Positions 18,526 through 30,800 of a stretch of 64,000 bases of DNA are shown piece after piece. Numbering within the stretch: the stretch's first letter is position 1; each line of letters starts with the position of its first letter. Origin of the DNA: Ostrea edulis (taxonomy: Eukaryota). The stretch is from assembly GCF_947568905.1 (NCBI RefSeq), contig NC_079168.1, positions 88,350,001-88,414,000 of the forward strand, read 5' to 3'. Under the pieces are notes generated by a model, which saw only the letters and a program-made list of their open reading frames with translations, had not been told where the DNA came from and ran no database searches. The position numbers and the translations under genes are program-made.

Positions 18526-21500
18526 AGGACAACATGAAAACTCTCCATCAATCTTTGTTATCATGAACTGCTAATGGTAATGTGAGACTGTTACACACAA
18601 ACACACATGGTACCTGATACTTTGCCATCTGGCCCTATCTCAACTGAAAATCACATTTTTTAAATGTTAGATCATGTATTTTTATATAATATGAAGAATT
18701 ATTTTTCCTTACTGACATTATTTTCTTAATGTGCAAAATAAAAATTTCCAAATACACAAAAATTATCAAGAAGACAAAAATTTTGTATTAATATTTTCAA
18801 TAATTGTAAGATACATTATACACCTTCTGAGAAGAGTAATCCAATAAAAAAAAATCTACAAAAACAAAGCTTTCAGCTGAACTGAGAAGGATTGTGTTTT
18901 GTCTCACCTGAGAGATTTCTGCTGGTTAAGCTGTCCAACCCCTCCCTGGGGCTCCCCAAGTCTGTCCTCCCATCCAAATGACTCTTCAGCAACTTCATTA
19001 GCAGCTCAAAGGCCTATGGAGAGTCATGTAGACAAAAGACACAGAATAATGATTCAAATATCAAATTTCTGTTCATCCTGTTTGACTTCTATCTATTTGA
19101 ACCACTGTATCGTGCTGTGTGAAGTACATGTTGTGATGTGATGTCATACTGATCAAAATTCTTGATACATCCCCCACCCTCCCCCATCCCCAATGATCAT
19201 TTACCAGTACTTACAAATATTTTGCACTTATAAAAGCTTGTAGAGCACCAATCAAACTAGACAGACTTTGTACAAAATTAATTTGTTGCCCTAGAAAGAA
19301 GGGGGGGGGGGGCAGCTTTAAGATTTAATTGACCTAAAGTATTCATTAAAAAGAAGAAAGAAAGCTGTTACATTGTCACTTGTTTGCAATGCATTAATTA
19401 TCAGTCTAAATACGTTAAAACTAAGTGCAATTCTTTTCCTTTCATAGTAACCAAGACTAAAAATGCTCAAAATATGTTTGAGCAGTGAATAACCATAAAA
19501 TCAACTATCACAAAGTATAGCTTCAAAATGATTTGTATTACAATACTTTTTTTTTTTTAATTTCATTTGGTACTCATGTGATTGAACATCTGGTGTACTT
19601 GTGACAAAACCTTTTTCATTTTTTATCAATTTTTCTAGTTTTCATGAATGTCCTAAATTTCACCTGCCCCATGATGTTAACAAATGTCATATTTTCCTTG
19701 AAAGTTCATATAAACTGATTGTATGTGGAATAAAAGTGTGAAATAAGCATATTTTGAATACACAGGGCAGAATATAGCCCTTTCAGCCCCTACTTCTCTC
19801 TATGGAGACAAACCTTGTCTTGGTATGGAGATTTATCTGACACCATGCATGGCACAAAAACAGCTGCTACTTCATTGGGGGTCATGACCTTACATGTGAC
19901 TAGTTGATTTAGGTGTTCAAACAAGCTGTCCCAGAGCGGCTGTGCATCATCTCGTAACATCACCCTGCAAGAATGTTAAATCCAGATTGTAAGATGGAAT
20001 ATTAGATTAGAGAGAGAGAGAGAGAGAGAATAGCAGGTGTCAGAAGTTTGAGAGAGTAGTGAGTGGTCAAGTTTAAGAGAGTAGTGAGTGATCAAGGTTA
20101 GAGAGAGAGCAGTGAGTGGTCAAGGTAAATGAGAGAGAGTAATGAGTGGTCAAGGTTAGAGAGAGAGTAGAGAATGGTCAAGGTTAGAGAGAGAGTAATG
20201 AGTGGTCAAGGTTAGAAAGAGAGTAGTCAGTGGTCAAGGTTAGAGAGAGAGTAGTGAGTGGTCAAGGTTAGAGAGAGAGTAGTGAGTGGTCAAGGTTAGA
20301 GAGAATAGTGAGTGGTCAAGGTTAGAGAGAGAGTAGTGAGTGGTCAAGGTTAGAGAGAACAGTGAGTGGTCAAGGTTAGAGAGAGAGTAGTGAGTGGTCA
20401 AGGTTAGAGAGAACAGTGAGTGGTCAAGGTTAGAGAGAGAGTAGTGAGTGGTCAAGGTTAGAGAGAGAGTAGTGAGTGGTCAAGGTTAGAGAGAGAGTAG
20501 TGAGTGGTCAAGGTTAGAGAGAGAGTAGTGAGTGGTCAATGTTAGAGAGAGAGTAGTGAGTGGTCAAGGTGAGAGAGAGAGTAATGAGTGGTCAAGGTTA
20601 GAGAGAGAGTAGTGAGTGGTCAAGGTTAGAGAGAACAGTGAGTCGTCAAGGTTAGAGAGAATAGTGAGTGGTCAAGGTGAGAGAGAGAGTAGTGAGTGGT
20701 CAAGGTGAGAGAGAGAGTAGTGAGTGGTCAAGGTGAGAGAGAGAGTAATGAGTGGTCAAGGTTAGAGAGAGTAGTGAGTGGTCAAGGTTAGAGAGAACAG
20801 TGAGTCGTCAAGGTTAGAGAGAATAGTGAGTGGTCAAGGTGAGAGAGAGAGTAGTGAGTGGTCAAGGTGAGAGAGAGAGTAGTGAGTGGTCAAGGTTAGA
20901 GAGAGAGATAGTGAGTGGTCAAGGTGAGAGAGAGAGAGAGAGAAGTGAGTTATCAAGGTTAGAGAGAATAGTGAGTAGGCAATGTTAGAAAGAGAGAGAG
21001 AGAGTAGTGAGTTATCAAGGTTAGAGAGAGAGACAGTGAGTGGTCAAGGTTAGAGAGAGAGCAGTGAGTGGTCAAGGTTAGATAGAGAGTAGTCAGTGGT
21101 CAAGGTGAGAGAGAGTAGTGAGTGGTCAAGGTTAGAGAGAGAGAGAGAGTAGTGAGTAGTCAAGCTGAGAGAGAGAGAGATAGAGTAGAGAGTGGTCAAG
21201 GTTAGAGAGAGTAGAGAGTGGTCAAGGTAAGAGATAGAGAGAGAGTGTAGTGAGTGGTCAAGCTGAGAGAGAGAGAGAGAGTGGTCAAGGTTAGAGAGAG
21301 AGAGAGAGTAGTGAGTGGTCAAGCTGAGAGAGAGAGAAAGAGAGAGAGAGTAGAGAGTGGTCAAAGTTAGAGAGAGTAGAGAGTGGTCAAGGTAAGAGAT
21401 AGAGAGAGAGTGTAGTGAGTGGTCAAGCTGAGAGAGAGAGAGAGAGTGGTCAAGGTTAGAGAGAGAGAGAGAGTAGTGAGTGGTCAATGTTAGAGAGAGA

Positions 21501-21867
21501 GAGAGTAGTGAGTGGTCAAGGTTAGAGAGAGAGAGAGTAGTGAGTGGTCAAGCTGAGAGAGAGAGAGAGAGTAGAGAGTGGTCAAAGTTAGAGAGAGTAG
21601 AGAGTGGTCAAGGTAAGAGAGAGAGTAGTGAGTGGTCAAGGTAAGAGAGAGAGAGAGTAGTGAGTGGTCAAGGTAAGAGAGAGAGAGAGTAGAGAGTGGT
21701 CAAGGTTAGAGAGAGAGAGAGAGAGAGAGTGGTCAAGCTGAGAGAGAGAGAGAGAGTGGTCAAGGTAAGAGAGAGAGAGAGAGTAGTGAGTGGTCAAGGT
21801 AAGAGAGAGAGAAAGTAGTGAGTGGTCAAGCTGAGAGAGAGAGAGAGAGTAGTGAGTGGTCAAAGTT

Positions 21868-21898
<31 letters not shown>

Positions 21899-24800
21899 AG
21901 TGGTCAAAGTTAGAGAGAGTAGAGAGAGTAGTGAGTGGTCAAGGTAAGAGAGAGAGAGAAAGTAGTGAGTGGTCAAGCTGAGAGAGAGAGAGAGAGTAGT
22001 GAGTGGTCAAAGTTAGAGAGAGAGAGAGAGAGAGAGAGTAGAGAGTGGTCAAAGTTAGAGAGAGAGAGAGAGAGAGTAGAGAGTGGTCAAGGTTAGAGAG
22101 AGAGAGAGAGTAGTGAGTGGTCAATGTTAGAGAGAGAGAGAGTAGTGAGTGGTCAAGGTTAGAGAGAGAGAGAGTAGTGAGTGGTCAAGCTGAGAGAGAG
22201 AGAGAGAGAGAGAGTAGAGAGTGGTCAAAGTTAGAGAGAGTAGAGAGTGGTCAAGGTAAGAGAGAGAGTAGTGAGTGGTCAAGGTAAGAGAGAGAGAGAG
22301 AGAGAGAGAGTGGTCAAGGTTAGAGAGAGAGAGAGAGTAGTGAGTGGTCAAGGTAAGAGAGAGAGAGAGTAGTGAGTGGTCAAGGTAAGAGAGAGAGAAA
22401 GTAGTGAGTGGTCAAGCTGAGAGAGAGAGAGAGAGTAGTGAGTGGTCAAAGTTAGAGAGAGAGAGAGAGAGAGAGAGTAGAGAGTGGTCAAAGTTAGAGA
22501 GAGAAAGAGAGAGAGTAGAGAGTGGTCAAGGTTAGAGAGAGAGAGAGAGTAGTGAGTGGTCAATGTTAGAGAGAGAGAGAGTAGTGAGTGGTCAAGGTTA
22601 GAGAGAGAGAGAGTAGTGAGTGGTCAAGCTGAGAGAGAGAGAGAGAGAGAGAGTAGAGAGTGGTCAAAGTTAGAGAGAGTAGAGAGTGGTCAAGGTAAGA
22701 GAGAGAGTAGTGAGTGGTCAAGGTAAGAGAGAGAGAGAGTAGTGAGTGGTCAAGGTAAGAGAGAGAGAGAGAGAGAGAGAGTGGTCAAGGTTAGAGAGAG
22801 AGAGAGAGTAGTGAGTGGTCAAGGTAAGAGAGAGAGAGAGTAGAGAGTGGTCAAGGTAAGAGATAGAGAGAGAGTGTAGTGAGTGGTCAAGGTTAGAGAG
22901 AGTAGTGAGTGGTCAAGATAAGAGAGAGTGTAGTGAGTGGTCAAGCTGAGAGAGAGTGTAGTGAGTGGTCAAGCTGAGAGAGAGAGAGAGAGTGGTCAAG
23001 GTTAGAGAGAGAGATTAGAGAGTGGTCAAGGTAAGAGAGAGAGAGAGTAGTGAGTGGTCAAGCTGAGAGAGAGAGAGAGAGAGAGAGAGTAGAGAGTGGT
23101 CAAAGTTAGAGAGAGTAGAGAGTGGTCAAGGTGAGAGAGAGAGTAGTGAGTGGTCAAGGTTAGAGAGAGAGAGAGTAGAGAGTGGTCAAGGTAAGCGAGA
23201 GAGTAGTGAGTGGTCAAGGTAATAGAGAGAGAGAGAGAGTAGTGAGTGGTCAAGGTAATAGAGAGAGAGAGAGAGTAGTGAGTGGTCAAGGTTAGAGAGA
23301 CATAGAGCAGTGAGTGGTCAAGGTTAGAGAGAAATAGAGAGTAGTGAGTGGTCAAAGTAAGAGAGAGAGTAGTGAGTAGTCAAGGTAAGAGAGAGAGAAC
23401 AGTGAATGGTCAAGGTTAGAGAGAGAGAGTAATGAGTGGTCAAGGTTAGTGAGAGTAGTGAGTGGTCAAGGTTAGAGAGAGAGTAGTGAGTGGTCAAGGT
23501 TAGAGAGAGAGTAGTGAGTGGTCAAGGTTACAGAGAGAGTAGTGAGTGGTCAAGGTTACAGAGAGAGTAGTGAGTGGTCAAGGTAAATGAGAGTAGTGAG
23601 TGGTCAAAGTAAGAGAGAGAGAGTAGTGAGTGGTCAAGGTTAGAGAGAGAAGTAGTGAGTGGTCAAGGTTAGAGAGAGAGAGAGCAGTGAGTGGTCAAGG
23701 TTAGAGAGTAATGAGTGGTCAAAGTAAGAGAGAGAGAGTAGTGAGTGGTCAAGGTTAGAGAGAGAGTAGTGAGTGGTCAAGGTTAGAGAGAGAAGTAGTG
23801 AGTGGTCAAGGTGAGAGAGAGAGAGAGAGCAGTGAGTGGTCAAGGTTAGAGAGTAATGAGTGGTCAAAGTAAGAGAGAGAGTAGAGAATGGTCAAGGTTA
23901 GAGAGAGAGATTAGAGAGTGGTCAAGGTTAGAGAGAGTAGTGAGTGGTCAAGGTAAGAGAGAGAGAGAGTAGTGAGTGGTCAAGGTTAGAGAGAGAGAGA
24001 GTAGTGAGTGGTCAAGGTTAGAGAGAGTAGTGAGTGGTCAAGATAAGAGAGAGAGAGTAGTGAGTGGTCAAGGTGAGAGAGACAGAGAGCAGTGAGTGGT
24101 CAAGGTTAAAGAGAGAGTAGTGAGTGGTCAAGGTAAGAGAGAGAGAGAGAGAGTAGTGAGTGCTCAAGGTTAGAGAGAGAGAGTAGTGAGTGGTCAAGGT
24201 AAGAGAGAGAGAGAGAGAGTAGTGAGTGGACAAGGTTAGAGAGAGAGTAGTGAGTGGTCAAGGTTAGAGAGAGAGAGTAGTGAGTGGTCAAGGTAAGCGA
24301 GAGAGTAGTGAGTGGTCAAGGTAATAGAGAGAGAGAGAGAGTAGTGAGTGGTCAAGGTAATAGAGAGAGAGAGAGAGTAGTGAGTGGTCAAGGTTAGAGA
24401 GACATAGAGCAGTGAGTGGTCAAGGTTAGAGAGAGAGTAGTGAGTGGTCAAGGTAATAGAGAGAGAGAGAGTAGTGAGTGGTCAAGGTAATAGAGAGAGA
24501 GAGAGTAGTGAGTGGTCAAGGTAAATGAGAGAGAGTAGTGAGTGGTCAAGGTGAGAGAGAGAGTAGTGAGTGGTCAAGGTTAGAGAGAGAGTAGTGAGTG
24601 GTCAAGGTTAGAGAGAGAGTAGTGAGTGGTCAAGGTTAGAGAGAGAGTAGTGAGTGGTCAAGGTTAGAAAGAGAGTAAAGAATGCCCGAGGGAGGCAAGG
24701 GCTAGAGAGAGATTATATTGAACTTTTTGTAAAGTATTTCCCCCTTTTTGACAAAAAGCAAATAAAAACAACTTTACACAGGGGACATAAAGTTACTGAC

Positions 24801-27800
24801 GTTGCTTGTTAGTATATTACTAAAATTCGATGTACACGTATTCCCTTTACTACATATCTGCATCATAGCGCCTCTTCTTAGGATTAAGGTCTTGGGATAG
24901 GGTGAAAACAATCAAAATAGTGAATTCAAGTAGTATTTCATAAACATCATGTAAATATTCCTTGTCACCAATGCCATCCACTGAATTGTATAGCTTGGAA
25001 AACATGATGAAAAATTGCATATTAAAACCCAAGGTCTTGATATCTTAATAAAATTTTACCTGATTTGAGTCTGACTAATGGTGTCAATATTTCCATTCAA
25101 AATGGAGTCAGGCAACAAACATGGACTTCTCAAACTTCTGATAACTAATGTCACCTGCTCTAGTATCACCATGGAAACCAGTTCACTGTCCAATCCAGAT
25201 AAACTTGCTCCGCTGTTTGCTCTCCTATAAAACAGGTCAGATTTCTAATTAGACCATAACAAGTATTTCACATCGAGAAAGACCTAGATATATAAGAGGC
25301 TGTCTGTTGTGTAACAGACACTGCTTATGGTAAGAGTGGCATGAGACATGTTAGGTCCACAGGTTTGCTTAATGTCATCATAGCAAACACCAGAATATAG
25401 GGGTGTATTTCTAAATCAATCAAAACACATTGCCTATCCAAGAAATCAGACAAAGGCTGGCAAATCAAAGTTTCCATGGACAACATCGTCAGTGCTTTTT
25501 ATCCATTTCAAACTTTTGCTGTCATTGTGTTGTTGTATACTCAGTTTTCAAAATTGCTTAATATCTTATTTTAAAATGTGAACAAAAAAAGTACAGTTTA
25601 AACACATACATGTATGTATATTGTTCCATCTACATTTTCTTGACTTTGTGTAACAATCTACATGAATATGGTGTTCTTTAAGTCTGTATTTCATTTAATA
25701 TTCAATCTAAGATCTTCTGTGATATTTGTTTTCATTTGTTACTTACTGCATTGTCTACTGTTTTCAATGGTTATAATAAAAGCTGTTCAGGTGTTTTCAT
25801 TGTTTATTATGAAAGATGTTCTGTGTTCTTATTGGTTATTATATAAGATGTTCTGTGTTTTCATTGGTTGCAATCTGTATGATGTTCTGGGGATTTTTTT
25901 TATAGATTGTATTACAGAGGAATAAAAACAAATGCAGCAAGAGATATTTTTTGCATAATCCTGATACAGGTAACTCTCAGAATTTTTCAGTCACATACTA
26001 AAGAATTTTTTTCAAGTTGCAAGATCAGTACTGTTTAATATCGAAAAATAAAATACAATGAAACAGCACATGTTTATTGCTGACAAAACTATTGTGAAAT
26101 GTTCCATAATTTCAATACCAGGTAGTTACATACTGTTTCCTGTTCTGTTGGTGAGTTATGCATGATGTTCTGTGTTTTCATTGGATACATACAATGGTAC
26201 TGTATGATGTTCTGTGTTTTCATTGGATACATACAATTGTACTGTGTGATGTTCTGTGTTTTCATTGGATACATACAATTGTACTGTGTGATGTTCTGTG
26301 TTTTCATTGGATACATACAATGGTACTGTATGATGTTCTGTGTTTTCATTGGATACATATAATTGTACTGAATGATGTTCTGTGATTTCAATGGATATAT
26401 TCTATATGATGTTCTGTGGATACTTAGTATAAAATGATCTACGTCTTCATTGGTCACTTACTGTATGATGCTCTGCCTTTCTGTTGGAGATGCTGGGTGA
26501 GATCTGTAGTATCCTTCCAAGGACAAAGCATGCTGGAAATCGGACTGAATGTACTTAAACAACTTCATCAAACCATGCACTGTCAGTTCAGGTGGGGGAG
26601 CAAGTCTACATAAATAAATAAGTAGCTGAGTATGAATAAAACTTACATTAGTCCATGGTAATAACACTGATTCTTTCAATATGACATTCTAAAAATTAAC
26701 GTGAAATACAATTAGAAAGAATGGATGCTAGATTTTGCTTTAAACACATGCTGTTTATATACCTGTCCCCTTTGGGCTGTACAGAAGCCTTGATAGGTGG
26801 AGCCACCTCCTCATCTGGTGAGCTCTGCTCTGATATGTTGTCTGCTGCTACCGGTTGGGAAGGAGGCGGGTGGTGCTCACCACTTAAAGGAAGACCATCC
26901 TCTGATCCAAATTCACTCTCCTCCTCATCGACCCCAGGGTCCATTCCTCCTGATGACTGAGAAATACCTACAAGAATATTTTTATGCAAAATGCTATTCT
27001 CAAATAACAGTTTTAAGTTGCTTAAAAAATAAACCATCTAAATGTGTGATGTCATCATGTCTTTCTGTTCCATTTCTTATTCTATACTCATCTCATTTCG
27101 TAATGAATATCCTATGAAATTGAACACCATGATCAATGTGGGTTTTTTTTTTACACGTAAGGTACCTCCAGGTGATTCGGTGTTCCTTGGTTCCATTGGT
27201 CTCCCCTGAATTCCTTTGACAGTCACACTCTGAATGGGCTGCGACATCATTTCCTCCATGTCTTCAGCACTAATATCTGCAGGGGGCACCTGCTGTGAAG
27301 AGATCTGGGAAGACTGTAGCATTTGTGGTGAGGGCTCTGTTTGTCTTTTGACCTGAGGGGAGGGTGGGACTTGAGACCCTGAGGGGGTTGTGCGAGATAG
27401 CTGTGGGGATGAGGATTGTCTGGTGACCTCTGGTTTTGATTGAATTTGATCACTCCGTCCTGCTTGTCTTTGGTTTGGTCTCTCTATGTCTTTGAAATTT
27501 GCATAATCAGCTGCTTCCTGAATAGACAAGTACTTTAAAAATACTATGTTTTCTATGAATCTAGTGGACATCTGTGTTGTAATGTACAAGGTTTCAGTTT
27601 TTAAAAATCAGAAAAAAACAAATCTTGTAAATTAGCAGACATTCTACCCTTTTGCCTGAGTTAGATTTGGTAGTAGACACAGGTGGCTCCCTTCCATGTT
27701 TTTCTGGTCCCTCCATGTAATATGACCGACGCGATACAGGGTCACCCTCCATTCCCAAATCCGCATCCTCCATTTCTGGGTCCATATAGTCTCTTCTGCG

Positions 27801-30800
27801 AACCTGGAGACATGGTTTCACAAGCAAATCAAAAAACATTTCTCTTACCAAATTTAACTGGTTTTCTAGTTTCTACAAAAGCCATCTTGAAATATAAAAT
27901 CACACACATGTTGAAAATTTGGTTTTACACCTTTATGCATACTTACATAAGTTAATCATTTGATAACATACTCCAATATAATATTTTATCACCGAATGCA
28001 TGTGTGGAGTAGGAATTTGGGGTTTAATTCACACACGTATATATAACAGTACCTGTTGAGGGGGTACATGCTCCTGGAACAATCTCTCTTGTCCCTTCTC
28101 TGTCACTCGCTCTTTCCACAGAGGATAGGTCCTCTCAATGTAGTCCTCATATTGTTTCTAATAAATATTAACAATATTTATCATTTCGGTTTAATTTTCT
28201 TACTTTTCGGCAATAATGTGCAATTTTGAATGCAAGTTTTCTATGAGTTCCCCACATCGTACAGAAATGCTTCTGAGTAGAAAAATTGTTTAGTTTTTAC
28301 TCTACTTTTGAAAATATGATTTGTTTCATTATATTCTAGTTATTAACGAAATGCCACCAATTTAATCCATCACTGGGTGTTAAAATAAATGTTTACAAGG
28401 ATTTACTACATAATATTTATAACTTTAATTTTTTTCATTAAAGACTGTCTTACAAACAGTAATTACTAGTGGCTGGGTATGATATACTTACCTTCAGTAG
28501 TCTCAGCTTCTCTGTGTTGTCTTACAAACAGTAATTACTAGTGGCTGGGTATGATAGACTTACCTTCAGTAGTCTCAGCTTCTCTGTGTTGTCTTACAAA
28601 CAGTAATTACTAGTGGCTGGGGTATGATATACTTACCTTCAGTAGTCTCAGCCTCTCTGTTTTGGCTGATACAGCACTAAGGTGGGAATCGATGCGGGAA
28701 AATTCCCGTATGATATTTTGATTCCGCTGATGACTTCTGCGTTGGTCCTCACACACTCGCTTCCAGTAAGACTGAAGCTTGGTTGCTCGAAGTTTTGCTC
28801 TTTAAAATTGGTGTGAAATCGGGGTTAAACTATAATTGTTTAACATATTCAAATTTTATGATGAAAGCAAATTACATGAATAAAGCAAGAAGATTCAACA
28901 AGTACTGTCATTTGACAATGCAAAAAATAAAAGGGAAATACATGTATCATTGATGTGAAACTGATTATCAGTGCCAACAAGGACCGGTCAATGTAGAGGA
29001 TCACTCAATGACTCCCTCTTATCCAATAATTACATCCCATACTCCTTACAAATATCTTTAATTTGCTTCCTTGGGGAAATTCATTATATATTTTCTCTAC
29101 AATTTCAAAGAAATATGATAAACAATAGAAATGTTAAGCTGAATTCTTTCAGTCTAAACCAATCAGAAATCCTTTAACCTTAGGTCTAAACCAATAAAAA
29201 ATCATCACATATTTTGAACTCACTGAAACTCAAATAGATTCCTCCACTTAATTTCTAAGAGAACTTAGTTTACACACATGATTAAGTTTAACGGTCCTTG
29301 CTCTTCAAATTAATTTATATAGCATTATGTCAAAAGTTTCTATTAACAAGAAATATGTAAAGTCTTCAAAACTTCTGACATTCTGAGCCATTACTGACTG
29401 TTGTGTTCGCAAATGCATATAACTCCACATTATAATTCTCAAAGTTAGAAGTAAAAGCCATCGAAGACTTTGATGTAGAAACAAGAAGGACACAATTTAC
29501 ATCAGCACAGTGTCTAATTTTATTTATTCATTTCAAATATTGACCTCTTTTAAAATTCTCACACAAAAGCCCAGCTCCAGAAGAGATATAACTGCACACT
29601 TCCAAAGCAAGTGATAGTTCAGACAATGCAGAACGGACATATCTGTAGTGTGTCAGAAAAAGTCTCTCTTCTTCCAAAACCCACATCCCAATAGCACATA
29701 TCCAGGTGTTAATAAGAAACCACTATCATATAGATGGATCTCTCATAAAAAGTGCAAGGTACAGTTTCTATATTTTGCAAAGAAATTGTGACTATGAATG
29801 AAAGGCTTGTGTGTTTATGTATTATTAAATGTCTGATGAAAATGACGTATAGGTGAATGATAACTTTTGATGTCTCGTGCAAAAGGCACACACAAAAATT
29901 TACTTCGCTGATATCTGCTTTGGTTTGGTTGTTCCCTGCATTTTATTAACTCGTCGACTGTGATAGCAAGTAGAAAGTAATCAATCTACCTGTCCAATTA
30001 AATGATAATGGATAAAAACAAACTGACTCCCAGTTTCAACATATAAAGATATATCAATCCCATAAAATTAATACAAACTGAGATGGTGAGTCATTGCTTT
30101 ACTTTGTAGCTGATGATACTTCTGTTACACTTTTAACAATCAATCATTCACACTCGAAAGATTTTTTTTAAAAAAATGTAATATATGTGACAACCATGAC
30201 AATAACGTCACAAATGATATCATTTTCTTTTATATCAAAATTGGATGGAGTTTATCATAAAAAAAGAAAAAGAATTTAAATTCACTCCTTCACATTTATT
30301 AATCTATGATGTATCAATTTCAACATAATCTAATATGTGACCTAATCTAACATTCACTACAACATAAAGAATTTGCTGGATACTTACAGTCTTTCGTCTT
30401 TCTTGCTAAACAATTGAAGCTGGCGATCTAGTTGTTCTCGTTTTTTCTCTCTGTAAAACACAACCAAAAAAAATGTCTGAAATGTCATAAGCTTACATAA
30501 GCTTAGTATGTAAAAATTCATATGCAAGTATCCTCATGTATTTACTACGTATAGATTCAAGTTTGTCCACACCATTACATACAAAATACACATACACATC
30601 AGAAAATTCTTGAACATCATCTTTAAAAAATACAACATTGGTACAATATGTAGAGTAGGTTCAAGTTTGTTCACACCCTGACCCTCGGGATCAATAACTG
30701 AGATTTAATATTCTACATAGGAAACTGCTCTGGTCAGTAATGTGGCCCCTAGAACTCTTATTTCCCTTGATTACTTTTACTTGCACAATTTCACAAAAAA

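Noticed and set aside
20240-24451. Many minus-strand ORFs (LTTHYSLSNLDHSL repeats)
   Set aside because: They are translations of the GA satellite in a KIZ intron; flanking exons 25060 and 19964 join in phase without them.
24850-25032. ORF next to the satellite as a KIZ exon
   Set aside because: No acceptor in the required phase 2; the direct 25060 to 19964 join is in frame.
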